From positions 1-64,000 of the forward strand of contig JBBIUY010000009.1 of NCBI GenBank assembly GCA_037440005.1: 64,000 bases of DNA, in the 5' to 3' direction. The position numbers and the translations under genes are program-made. The DNA comes from Armatimonadota bacterium. Lineage in GTDB: Bacteria > Sysuimicrobiota > Sysuimicrobiia > Sysuimicrobiales > Kaftiobacteriaceae. The notes under the pieces are model-generated. The model ran no database searches. It worked only from the letters and a program-made list of their open reading frames with translations, and was not told the DNA's origin. Positions 40,212 to 49,210 of the stretch are shown here, piece by piece (within the stretch, counting starts at the first letter, position 1; every line of letters starts with the position of its first letter).

Positions 40212-41117
40212 CTAGATCTTCAGCCGGGGGTCGAGGGCGTCGCGCAGACCGTCGCCGAAGAAGTTGAAGCACAGCACCGTCAGGAAGATCATCATGCCGG
40301 GCCAGAAGGCCAGCCAGGGGGCGGTCCACAGGTAACTCTGGGCGTTCTGCAGCATGTTCCCCCAGGAGGGGATGGGCGGCTGGATGCCCACCCCGAAGTA
40401 GGACAGGGCGGCCTCGGTCAGGATGGCGCCCCCCACGTCCAGGGTGGCGGCCACGATGATGGGCGCCAGGGCGTTGGGCAGCAGGTGGCGGAAGATGATC
40501 CGGGTCTCGCTGGCGCCCAGGGCCCGGGCCGCCTCGGCGAAGTCCTGGGTTTTCAGGCGCAGGATCTCGCCCCGCACCAGCCGCGCCGCCACCGTCCACC
40601 CGAACAGGCCGATGATGGCCACGATGGGGAGGATGCCCCCACCGAAGTAGCGCCCCAGCAGCAGCAGGACGCCGAAGACCGGCAGGGTCAGGACGATGTC
40701 GGTCAGGCGCATCAGCACGTTGTCCAGCAGGCCGCCGTAGTACCCCGCCACGACCCCCACCAGGGTGCCCAGGGCCACCGCCGACAGGGCCGCCGCAAAC
40801 CCCACCACCAGCGACACCCGCCCGGCGTACAGCAGCCGGGTGAAGACGTCGTGGCCCAGGTCGTCGGTGCCCAGCCAGTGCCGGCCGGAGAACGGCGGGG
40901 CGAACCGGTTGGTCAGGTCGATCTGCTCGAACCGGTAGGGCGCGATCCAGGGCGCGAAGACGGCCGCCAGGACCAGCAGGGCGATGACCGCCAGCCCGCC
41001 CATGGCCAGCCGGTGCCGGCGCAGCCGCCGCCAGGCGATCTGCCAGTACCCTTCCCCGGGGCGGGCCGCCTCGGCCGCGGCGGCCGCGGGCGCGAGGGTG
41101 ACGGCGGGACGGGCCAC
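40212..41117 (-). CDS. Peptide ABC transporter permease (OppC-like)
   Basis: HWLGTDDLGHD, FAEAARALGA, SWGNML, GDGLRDALDPR. Confidence 0.93.
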   Translation of the reverse strand: MARPAVTLAPAAAAAEAARPGEGYWQIAWRRLRRHRLAMGGLAVIALLVLAAVFAPWIAPYRFEQIDLTNRFAPPFSGRHWLGTDDLGHDVFTRLLYAGRVSLVVGFAAALSAVALGTLVGVVAGYYGGLLDNVLMRLTDIVLTLPVFGVLLLLGRYFGGGILPIVAIIGLFGWTVAARLVRGEILRLKTQDFAEAARALGASETRIIFRHLLPNALAPIIVAATLDVGGAILTEAALSYFGVGIQPPIPSWGNMLQNAQSYLWTAPWLAFWPGMMIFLTVLCFNFFGDGLRDALDPRLKI

Positions 41118-41139
41118 GGTCTACCGCCTCCCGGTGCGG

Positions 41140-42135
41140 TCAGTCATAGCGGATCCGCGGATCCAGGGCCGCGTAGGCCACATCCGCCAGCAGGTTGAAC
41201 ACCAGGACCAGGACCGCCAGGAACATGAGCACCGCCTGGGCGGCCACGTAGTCGCCGTTGAGGACCGACTCCACCAGCAGCCGGCCGACCCCGGGCCAGG
41301 CGAAGACCGTCTCGGTGATGGGGGCGCCGGCGAAGAGGTTGGCGATGGACAGGGCCATGATGGTGACCAGAGGGATGAGGGCGTTGCGCAGGGCGTGCCG
41401 GTTGATCACCACCCGCTCGGCCAGCCCCTTGGCCCGGGCCGTGCGCACGTAGTCCTGGCGGATGACCTCCAGCATGCTGGAACGGGTGTAGCGGGTGTAG
41501 GTGGCCATGGACAGCAGCGCCAGGACCACCGACGGCAGGATCATGTAGCGCAGGCGGTCCAGGACAAACGGCAGCCCCGGCGGCACCCCGGGGGTGCTGA
41601 TCCCTCCCGGCGGCAGCACCAGCCACCCCAGCCCCGGAAGGGCCGTCCAGGGGTGCCAGACCGCGAACAGGTAGATGGCCATGATGCCAAACCAGAACAC
41701 GGGGATGCTGACCCCGAAGAAGGTGAACGTGGTCGCCAGGTAGTCCAGGACCGAGTACTGGTGCAGGGCCGAGTAGATCCCCACCGGCACCGCCACCACC
41801 ACCGCCAGGACAAACGCCGTCACGGTCAGCCACAGGCTGTTGGCGATGCGGTCCCGCAGCAGGTTGGTGACGGGCTCCTTGTAGGTGCGGGAGAAGCCCA
41901 GGTCCCCCTGCAGGGTCCGGCCCAGCCACTTCAGGTAGCGGACGTGGATGGGCTGGTCCAGCCCATACAGGCGCTTCAGCCGCGCCACGTCCTCGGGCTT
42001 GACCCGGGGGTCGGACGCGATGAGCAGGTCCACCGGGTCCCCCGGCGCGAGGGTCAGCAGGGTGAACAGCAGCACGGAGATCCCCAGGGCGATGGGGATC
42101 ATCTGGAGAATGCGCCGGAGGACGTACCGCTGCAC
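41140..42135 (-). CDS. Peptide ABC transporter permease (OppB-like)
   Basis: APGDP, GDLGFS, DYVRTARAKGL, HALRNALIP, DPRIRY. Confidence 0.93.
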   Translation of the reverse strand: MQRYVLRRILQMIPIALGISVLLFTLLTLAPGDPVDLLIASDPRVKPEDVARLKRLYGLDQPIHVRYLKWLGRTLQGDLGFSRTYKEPVTNLLRDRIANSLWLTVTAFVLAVVVAVPVGIYSALHQYSVLDYLATTFTFFGVSIPVFWFGIMAIYLFAVWHPWTALPGLGWLVLPPGGISTPGVPPGLPFVLDRLRYMILPSVVLALLSMATYTRYTRSSMLEVIRQDYVRTARAKGLAERVVINRHALRNALIPLVTIMALSIANLFAGAPITETVFAWPGVGRLLVESVLNGDYVAAQAVLMFLAVLVLVFNLLADVAYAALDPRIRYD

Positions 42136-42153
42136 GCGCGCCTCAGCGGGCCC

Positions 42154-42187
42154 GCCCCGGAGCCGGGGGAGCTCCCGGCTCCGGGGC
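42154..42187. terminator. 14-bp stem-loop between the binding-protein and permease genes
   Basis: GCCCCGGAGCCGGG, loop GGAGCT, CCCGGCTCCGGGGC. Confidence 0.7.
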
Positions 42188-42198
42188 AGCCACCGACG

Positions 42199-43878
42199 TC
42201 ACTGCCAGAACCACCGGTGCACGTTCCAGGTCTCGTAGGTGCCGCTCAACTGCACGGCGGTGAAGCCCTGCAGCCCCACCTTGGCGGCGGCCACCGACGC
42301 CCGGACGTACAGCGGCAGGGCCGGCAGGTCGCGGGCGAAGATCTGGGCGCTCTGCTGCAGCAGCTGGTTCCGCCGGGCCTCGTCCACCTCCCGGCTGGCG
42401 GCCTTGCACACCCGGTCCATCTCGGGGTTCTTGTAGCCCGGGTAGTTCTGGCCGGCCCAGCCGTTGGCCTCGGTGGGGATGCCGTCGGAGGTGTACAGCT
42501 GGTCGCAGTCCGAGGTGGGCGACATCACCCAGGCGTACATGGCCAGGGCCTTGAACTTCCGCTGGTTGGTGATCTCCCCGAACAGCACCCGGGCCGGGAA
42601 GTTCTGGATCACGATCTCGATCCCGACCTCCCGCAGGTTCTGCTGGATGATCTGCTCCACCTGCTCCCGCACCCGGTTGCCGGCGGTGGTGTTGATCTCG
42701 AAGGACAGCCGCTGGCCGGCGGCGTTGCGCATGATGCCGTCGGGGCCGGGGGTGAAGCCGGCCTCCTGCAGCAGCGCCCGGGCCCGGGCTGGGTCGTAGG
42801 GGTACTTCTGCACGTTGTCGGTGTAGCCGGGGTGCCGGGGCGGCAGGTAGGTGTGGGAGACGGGCTGCTTGCCCTCAAACAGCTGCTGGGAGATGGCCTC
42901 CCGGTTGATGCCGTGGGCGATGGCCCGCCGCACCCGCACGTCCTGCAGGAGCGGGTTGTCCAGGTTGAAGTCGATGTGCTCCCAGATCAGCCCCGGCTCG
43001 AAGAACACCCGGAACCGGCCCGCCGACTGCCTGTCCAGCTGCACCGCCTGGTCGAAGGAGATGCCGATGGTGCTGATGGCGTCGATGGCCCCCGACAGCA
43101 TGTTGGCCACCAGGGCGTTGGTGTCGGGGATGAACCGCCAGATGATGCGCCGGATCCGCGGCGTCCCGAAGATGGGGTGGGTGCCCACCGACTCCACCGT
43201 CAGGGACGCGCCCTTGCGCCACTCCACCAGCCGGTAGGCGCCGTCGCCGATGGTGACCTTGGGGTCGTTGCCGTAGGGCGCCTCGTTGAGCTTGCTGGGG
43301 TTCTCCCGGTAGTAGCGCTCCACCACGTGCCGCGGCAGAGCGCCGTACTCGGTGATGGTCAGGTTGGCGTAGGCGTACCGCTCCTTCCAGTTCACCTGGA
43401 TGTCCAGGCCCTCGGCGCCCTGGGTGCACAGGACGTTGGCGATGCGGTTGGTCAGGTCGCGCACCACCACCGGCACGTTCACGTTGCGGGCCACCGTGTG
43501 GCCGAAGACGTAGTCGGCGCAGGTCACCGGCCTGCCGTCGTGCCAGTTGCGGGCCTTGAGCTTCCAGGTCAGCGTCATCCTGTCGCCGTCCAGCTTCCAG
43601 GTGCCGTCCCGGAGGTTGGGGATGGACTCGACGCCCTGGGCGAACAGCTTCCAGGTGTTGTCGCGCTCCACGTCGCTGACGAAGATGGTGTCCATCACCG
43701 AGACCGAGGCCGCCATCTCCGCGAACAGCGGGTTGAGGAAGTCGGGCTCCTGCTGGATGCCGATCACCACCGTGTCCCGCCCCGCCGCGGGCTGGGCCTG
43801 CACCACGCCCGCCGGCCAGACCGAGATGGTCAGAGCCGCCGCCAGCAAGATGACCGCATGGTGCCATCGTGCGCGCAT
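42199..43878 (-). CDS. Peptide ABC transporter substrate-binding protein (family 5)
   Basis: Signal peptide MRARWHHAVILLAAAL, IGIQQEPD, WHDGRPVT, WEHIDFN; visibly paralogous to 36537-38213. Confidence 0.92.
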   Translation of the reverse strand: MRARWHHAVILLAAALTISVWPAGVVQAQPAAGRDTVVIGIQQEPDFLNPLFAEMAASVSVMDTIFVSDVERDNTWKLFAQGVESIPNLRDGTWKLDGDRMTLTWKLKARNWHDGRPVTCADYVFGHTVARNVNVPVVVRDLTNRIANVLCTQGAEGLDIQVNWKERYAYANLTITEYGALPRHVVERYYRENPSKLNEAPYGNDPKVTIGDGAYRLVEWRKGASLTVESVGTHPIFGTPRIRRIIWRFIPDTNALVANMLSGAIDAISTIGISFDQAVQLDRQSAGRFRVFFEPGLIWEHIDFNLDNPLLQDVRVRRAIAHGINREAISQQLFEGKQPVSHTYLPPRHPGYTDNVQKYPYDPARARALLQEAGFTPGPDGIMRNAAGQRLSFEINTTAGNRVREQVEQIIQQNLREVGIEIVIQNFPARVLFGEITNQRKFKALAMYAWVMSPTSDCDQLYTSDGIPTEANGWAGQNYPGYKNPEMDRVCKAASREVDEARRNQLLQQSAQIFARDLPALPLYVRASVAAAKVGLQGFTAVQLSGTYETWNVHRWFWQ

Positions 43879-44023
43879 CTCACTCCCCCTCCGTGTCCAG
43901 AATGCCGGGGCCCGCCGCCCCGGATGTGGCATCCCACGCCCGTCCCGCGCCGCCGCGCCACCACCCCCCTTCCCCCCACAGCGTCGGGCACACGCGTCCA
44001 CACGCCGCGCTCCGCCGGCACTG

Positions 44024-44350
44024 TCAGTGCAGGCTCTGCAGGACCCACTCCAGCGGGTTGAGGCTGAGCACCATCCGGTCCCGCCCGGGTGCGCGGACCG
44101 GCTCCTCCCGGCCCACAGCGGCCGGAAGGTCCGGCTGCCGGCGCAGGGGAGCGGACGGCCGGGTCCGGTGGCGGTCCAGGAACGCCTCCAGGTCGGCCCG
44201 GCGCACCCTGTAGACCCTGCCGACCCTCACCGCCGCAATCCGACCGGTCCGGATGTACCGGTAGACGGTCATCCGGTGCACCTGGAGGTAGGCGGCCACC
44301 TGTTCGACAGTCATCAGGTCCGGCCAGCCCCCCGCAGATCCTTCGGGCAT
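44024..44350 (-). CDS. Excisionase/BldC-like HTH_17 DNA-binding protein
   Basis: LMTVEQVAAYLQVHRMTVYRYIRTGRIAAVRVGRVYRV..DL..FL; strong RBS GGAGGAGG. Confidence 0.85.
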   Translation of the reverse strand: MPEGSAGGWPDLMTVEQVAAYLQVHRMTVYRYIRTGRIAAVRVGRVYRVRRADLEAFLDRHRTRPSAPLRRQPDLPAAVGREEPVRAPGRDRMVLSLNPLEWVLQSLH

Positions 44351-44371
44351 ATCCTCCTCCGTGTTGATGAG

Positions 44372-44399
44372 AGCATACTACTGTTACGCTACGATAACG
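44372..44399 (-). promoter_or_regulatory. Promoter and candidate operator upstream of the HTH_17 gene
   Basis: AT-rich CGTTATCGTAGCGTAACAGTAG with GTTA/GTAG/GTAA repeats and a GTTA-N8-TAAC inversion, directly before TATGCT (44377-44372). Confidence 0.45.
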
Positions 44400-44468
44400 G
44401 ACTTCCCCTGTCGTCGGTTCCCGGTGCGCTCCTCCCCGCCCGGTCTGCTTTCCTGCCCCCGGTCCCCC

Positions 44469-44672
44469 CTACCGTCTGGTCCGTTGCCGGAACAATACCC
44501 CCGCCCCCACCAGTCCCACCGCCAGCCCCGCCACCGCCAGCGCATACGCCGCCAGGCTGAGCCCCACGTTGGGGGGGACCCACCGGACGGTCATGGCAAA
44601 CAGCGTCGCCCAGCCGGCCCCCAGCAGCAGGGCTGCCGCAGCCAGAAGGCGGGAGGGATTTTCGGGGATCAA
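44469..44672 (-). CDS. Small two-helix membrane protein (67 aa) at the end of the transporter operon
   Basis: TTG start overlapping the upstream stop (TTGA); [54 protein letters not shown]. Confidence 0.65.
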   Translation of the reverse strand: MIPENPSRLLAAAALLLGAGWATLFAMTVRWVPPNVGLSLAAYALAVAGLAVGLVGAGVLFRQRTRR

Positions 44673-45700
44673 TCCGACCGTGCTCCGTCGGTCCGGGCGG
44701 CCGCGGGTGAAACCCCCTCCACCCCGGTCGGGGCGTACAGCCAGCAGGCGACCCGCTGGCCCGGCGAGGGTTCGAAGGCAGGGGGGTCGCGGACCTCGCA
44801 CAGGCCGGGGACCGCGCGGGGACAGCGGGGGTGAAACCGGCAGCCCGGCGGAGGGGCCAGCAGGCTGGGAGGCTCGCCGGGAGGCACGTCCCGGAAGCGG
44901 GCGGCGTTGTCCGGGTCGGGGTCGGGGATGGCTGCCAGCAGGGCCTGGGTGTAGGGGTGCCGGGGGAAGCGGATCAGCTGCCCCACCGGGGCTTCCTCCA
45001 CGATCCGGCCCGCGTACATCACCATCACCCGCTCGCAGAAGTACCGCACCGTGGACAGGTCGTGGGTGATGTACAGGACGCTGAGGCGGTAGCGGTCCTG
45101 CAGGGCCCGCAGCAGGTACAGGATCTCCACCCGCACCGAGGCGTCCAGCATCGAGACCGGCTCGTCGGCCACGATCAGGTCCGGGCGCAGGATCACCGCC
45201 CGCGCCACCACCAGCCGCTGCTGCTGCCCGCCGCTGAGCATGTGGGGGTAGCGGGGCAGGAAGTCGTCCACGGGGGTCAGCCCCACGTCCTCCAGGGCCG
45301 CCCGCACCCGCTCCAGGCGCTCGCGCGGGGAGGTCACCCCGTTGACCACCAGGGGTTCTTCGAGGATGCGCCGGGCGGTCATGAACGGCGGCAGCGCCCC
45401 GTAGGGGTCCTGCTGGACGTAGCCCACCCGGGAGCGGTACCACCGCAGGTCCGCCCCGCCCACCGGGCGGCCGTCGAAGACGATCTCCCCCCGGGTGGGC
45501 GGGTGCAGGCCCAGCAGCGTGCGGGCCAGGGTGCTTTTGCCGCAGCCGCTCTCTCCGACCACGGCCACCGCCTCCCCCCGCCGCAGCTCGAAGGTGACCC
45601 CGTCCACCGCCCGCACCACCCCCGCCCGGAGAAATCCCCACCGGCGCAGCTCGAACCAGGTGTGCAGGTTCCGGACCGACAGCAGCACGTCGGCGGCCAC
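44669..45700 (-). CDS. Oligopeptide ABC transporter ATP-binding protein (OppF-like)
   Basis: [40 protein letters not shown] 45700 after GAGGGAG. Confidence 0.92.
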   Translation of the reverse strand: MAADVLLSVRNLHTWFELRRWGFLRAGVVRAVDGVTFELRRGEAVAVVGESGCGKSTLARTLLGLHPPTRGEIVFDGRPVGGADLRWYRSRVGYVQQDPYGALPPFMTARRILEEPLVVNGVTSPRERLERVRAALEDVGLTPVDDFLPRYPHMLSGGQQQRLVVARAVILRPDLIVADEPVSMLDASVRVEILYLLRALQDRYRLSVLYITHDLSTVRYFCERVMVMYAGRIVEEAPVGQLIRFPRHPYTQALLAAIPDPDPDNAARFRDVPPGEPPSLLAPPPGCRFHPRCPRAVPGLCEVRDPPAFEPSPGQRVACWLYAPTGVEGVSPAAARTDGARSD

Positions 45701-45708
45701 GGTCTCCC

Positions 45709-46686
45709 TCAGGCGTACAGCCAGCACCGGACCCGCCGGTCGCCCACCTGCAGCAGGGGGGGCTCCTGGCTGCACCGGGCAAACCGGGCCGGACACCGGT
45801 CGGCGAACCGGCAGCCGGCGGGAGGGCGGACCAGGCTGGGCGGTCGGCCGGGAATGGCCGCCAGCGCCTTGTCCTGCCGCAGGGTGGGGACGCTGGCCAT
45901 CAGAGCCCGGCTGTAGGGGTGCAGCGGCTCCCGGTAGAACTGCCCGGCGGTGCTGACCTCCACCACCTGGCCGGCGTACATCACCGCGGCGTCGTCGGCC
46001 AGCTCGCTGCTGGTGGCGATGTCGTGGGTCACCAGCAGGAAGGTGACCCCCATCTCCTTCTTGACGGCCTTCAGCACGTTGAGGACGGCGGCCTGGGTCA
46101 GCACGTCCAGGGCCGAGGTGGGTTCGTCCAGGATGATCAGGTCGGGCACAGTCACCAGGGCCATGGCCAGGGCCACGCGCTGGCGCATGCCGCCGCTGAG
46201 CTCAAAGGGGTAGCGGTCCACAAAGTCCCGGGGGACCCCCACCTGCCGGAAGACGTCCGCCACCATCCGGCGGGCCTCGGCGGCCGTCCTGGCCCGGCCG
46301 TGCACCAGCAGGGGCTCGGCCACCTGGTCGCCCACGGGCAGGACCGGGTTGAGAGCGTTCATGGCGGCCTGCGGGACCAGGGCCAGGCGCACCCACCGGA
46401 TCTCCCGGCGGAACCGCTCCTCGGGCATCTGCATGACGTCCTCGCCATCCAGCCACACCCGCCCCGAGTAGGTGTGGACGTTGCGGGGCAGCAGGCGGAG
46501 GATGGCGCGCGCGAGGGAGGACTTGCCGCACCCGCTCTCCCCCACGATGACCATGCTGCGGCCCCGGCGGACCGTCAGGTCCACCCCGTCCACCGCCTGC
46601 ACCGGTCCCCGGAGGGTGCGGAAGTACAGCCGCAGATCCTCCAGGCGGAGCAGGGGGTGTCCGGACGGCCCGCCGGGCACGGTCAC
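45709..46686 (-). CDS. Oligopeptide ABC transporter ATP-binding protein (OppD-like)
   Basis: [41 protein letters not shown] overlap with the upstream stop. Confidence 0.92.
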   Translation of the reverse strand: MTVPGGPSGHPLLRLEDLRLYFRTLRGPVQAVDGVDLTVRRGRSMVIVGESGCGKSSLARAILRLLPRNVHTYSGRVWLDGEDVMQMPEERFRREIRWVRLALVPQAAMNALNPVLPVGDQVAEPLLVHGRARTAAEARRMVADVFRQVGVPRDFVDRYPFELSGGMRQRVALAMALVTVPDLIILDEPTSALDVLTQAAVLNVLKAVKKEMGVTFLLVTHDIATSSELADDAAVMYAGQVVEVSTAGQFYREPLHPYSRALMASVPTLRQDKALAAIPGRPPSLVRPPAGCRFADRCPARFARCSQEPPLLQVGDRRVRCWLYA

Positions 46687-48011
46687 ATCTCCCGCAGGCG
46701 CGGGTTGAAGACGCGGTCCAGGGCGTAGCCCAGCATGGTGAAGCCCAGCCCGCTGAGCATCAGCAGCGCCGCCGGCTGCACCACCCAGTAGTAGTGGCCC
46801 GTGTACAGGGCGCCCCGGCGGTAGGCGTCCTCCAGGATCTTCCCCCAGGTGGGCAGGACCGGGTCGCCCAGGCCCAGCACCGCCAGGGTCGCCTCCAGGA
46901 AGACGAAGGCGGGAATCAGGGTGACGAACTGGGGGATCAGCACGGGGACGGCCCGGGGGATCATGTAGGTGAACACCATGCGCAGGCCCCGCACCCCGTA
47001 GGCCCGGGCGGCCTCGATGTAGGGCGTCTCCTTCACCTGCAGGAACAGCGCCCGGTAGGTCTTGATCCCCGCCCCGAACACCCCCAGCAGGATCACCGTT
47101 CCCAGGATGACCCAGATGCTGCGGGAGTACAACGTCCCGATCATGATGAGGAGGGGCAGCGCCGGCAGGATCAGGTTCACCTCGGTGACCCGCTGGATCA
47201 GCCCGTCCACCCACCCGCCGTACCACACCCCCACGGCGGCGATGGCGAGGGTGCTGGCGGTGGACCCCACCGCCGCCAGCAGGCCGAACGCCAGGGCCAC
47301 CGGCGTGCCCCACAGCAGCGCCACCGTCAGGTCGCGGCGCTGGTGGTCGGTGCCGGCCCACCCGTACACCTCGCCGTAGACCACCAGCCGGACATCCACA
47401 CGCGCGTCGGGCTCGAACAGAAACGCACTGACCTCCAGGGCGTAGCGGCCCGGGCGCGCCTGGCCCGGACGGCCGGGGTCGGCAAACAGCACCGCCTCCG
47501 GAGGGCCGCCCAGCTGCTGGCGCAGCTCGGGGCTGGCCGACAGCCGCACCGCGTCCCGCCGGCGGTCCGCGGTCCGCTCCGCCAGGGGGACCTCGGTTCC
47601 GTCGGGAAACCGCCACGCCAGGGCCAGGTGGGGCGCCCGCTCGGCGAAGGTGGCGTCGACGAACACCGACACCTCCGGAGGCGGGGTCCGGTACGGGTAG
47701 TCAAACGCCAGCTCCATGCCCACCCGGCGGACGCCGCCGCCCAGGTCCTCCTCCCGCCGCAGCGCCCGGCGGCTGTCCACCACGATGGTGGCCGGCCGCC
47801 GGCGCACCCCGGGGATCCAGTTGACCCAGGCGGGCCAGGCGTTGCGGGGCGTCTGTAGCCACAGGTCCTCACCGCCCTGCCACAGGCGCACCGCCTCCCG
47901 GTACGGGAGCGTGACCACGGCGTACACCGACAGGACCACCAACAGCGCGATGATGGCCAGGCCCGCCACCGCCGCCGGGATGCGCCGGATCTCGTCCAGG
48001 ACGCCCCTCAC
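46683..48011 (-). CDS. Peptide ABC transporter permease, long OppC-like type with a large extracytoplasmic insert
   Basis: W..TPRNAWPAWVN, GTDHQRRDL, YIEAARAYG, LPTWGKIL, LDRVFNPRLR. Confidence 0.9.
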   Translation of the reverse strand: MRGVLDEIRRIPAAVAGLAIIALLVVLSVYAVVTLPYREAVRLWQGGEDLWLQTPRNAWPAWVNWIPGVRRRPATIVVDSRRALRREEDLGGGVRRVGMELAFDYPYRTPPPEVSVFVDATFAERAPHLALAWRFPDGTEVPLAERTADRRRDAVRLSASPELRQQLGGPPEAVLFADPGRPGQARPGRYALEVSAFLFEPDARVDVRLVVYGEVYGWAGTDHQRRDLTVALLWGTPVALAFGLLAAVGSTASTLAIAAVGVWYGGWVDGLIQRVTEVNLILPALPLLIMIGTLYSRSIWVILGTVILLGVFGAGIKTYRALFLQVKETPYIEAARAYGVRGLRMVFTYMIPRAVPVLIPQFVTLIPAFVFLEATLAVLGLGDPVLPTWGKILEDAYRRGALYTGHYYWVVQPAALLMLSGLGFTMLGYALDRVFNPRLREM

Positions 48012-49126
48012 CGCCGCTCCTCCCCGCCCACCTTCACCCGGGGGTCCACCACCGCGTAGACGATGTCCAGGACGAAGACGGTGACCGCCAGCAGGTAGGC
48101 GTAGATGATGGTGACGCCCACGATGACCGGCGTGTCGAACGCCCCGATGGCCTGGTACAGGGCCCGGCCCAGCCCCGGCCAGGTGAAGACCGTCTCCAGC
48201 ACGATGGCGCCGGTCCACGCCCCGATCAGGCCCAGGGCGAAGCTGGTGATGATGGTCGGGAGCGTCGGCCGCAGAATGTACCGGCGCTCGATCGCCCCCG
48301 GGGGCAGCCCCTTGGCCTGGGCCATCTCCACGTAGTCCTCGCTGCTGAAGATCAAAAAGAACGTCCGCCACGAGTACACCGCCAGGAAAATGGTGCTCAA
48401 AAACAGGGCGGCGGACGGCAGGACCATGTGCTTGAGCACGCTCAGGGCGTAGCGCAGGGGGTGCTCGGGCGGGGGCGCGTCCACCATGCCCCCAAAGGGC
48501 AGCACCCGCAGCAGGGCGGCGAAGATCAGGATGAGGAAGATGCCGTAAAACCACGCCGGGGCCGCCGACGTGGGCGCCAGGGCCACGGTCAGCCGGTCCG
48601 CCCAGCTGCCGTAGCGGCGGGACAGGGACAGCGCCGCCACCACCGACGCGGCGAACAGGAGGACCTGGGCGGTCACGAACAGCAGCAGGGTGGGCGGCAG
48701 GCGGTCCAGGATGATGTTGCGCACCAGGCGCGAGCCGGTGTCGCTGGTGGTGTGCTCGGCGAACCCCAGCCGCAGCAGCAGGGCCTCCCGCAGCAGGATC
48801 ACGCTGCGCAGCAGGAACGGCCGGTCCAGACCCAGCCGCTGCTCCTCCAGCCGCACCAGCTGCTCGATGAGGTGCTGGCGCTCTTCGGGCGGCCGCAGGC
48901 GCATCTGGGGGTCAAAGGACACCTGCAGGGAGACCTGCTCGCGGATCTCGGCCTTCTTGATCCGGTCCACGTAGCCGCCCATGTTGGCCACCAGGATGGT
49001 CAGGTACACGCCGACCACCACGGTCGCGAACAACGCCACCAGCCGGGTGGCCGCGTAGGCGGCCACCCGGGCCACCGTGCCGGCGGCCCTCGTCCTGGAC
49101 GGTGCGGGAATCGCGATCTGCGCCAT
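48008..49126 (-). CDS. Peptide ABC transporter permease (OppB-like)
   Basis: VANMGGYVD, EDYVEMAQAKGL, LETVFTWPGLG, YAVVDPRVK. Confidence 0.9.
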   Translation of the reverse strand: MAQIAIPAPSRTRAAGTVARVAAYAATRLVALFATVVVGVYLTILVANMGGYVDRIKKAEIREQVSLQVSFDPQMRLRPPEERQHLIEQLVRLEEQRLGLDRPFLLRSVILLREALLLRLGFAEHTTSDTGSRLVRNIILDRLPPTLLLFVTAQVLLFAASVVAALSLSRRYGSWADRLTVALAPTSAAPAWFYGIFLILIFAALLRVLPFGGMVDAPPPEHPLRYALSVLKHMVLPSAALFLSTIFLAVYSWRTFFLIFSSEDYVEMAQAKGLPPGAIERRYILRPTLPTIITSFALGLIGAWTGAIVLETVFTWPGLGRALYQAIGAFDTPVIVGVTIIYAYLLAVTVFVLDIVYAVVDPRVKVGGEERR

Positions 49127-49135
49127 GGGACCCGG

Positions 49136-49173
49136 GACGGCGGAGGGGGCGCCGAAGAGCGCCCCCTCCCGTC
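49136..49173. terminator. Stem-loop between the binding-protein and permease genes
   Basis: GGAGGGGGCGC, loop CGAAGA, GCGCCCCCTCC, extended by GACG/CGTC. Confidence 0.65.
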
Positions 49174-49210
49174 TTCGCGCTCGCCTCCTATCCTACCGGA
49201 CCCGGCCGGG

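Noticed and set aside
44024..44350. Prophage or integrative element marked by the excisionase-like gene
   Set aside because: No integrase, phage genes, att repeats or compositional shift nearby.
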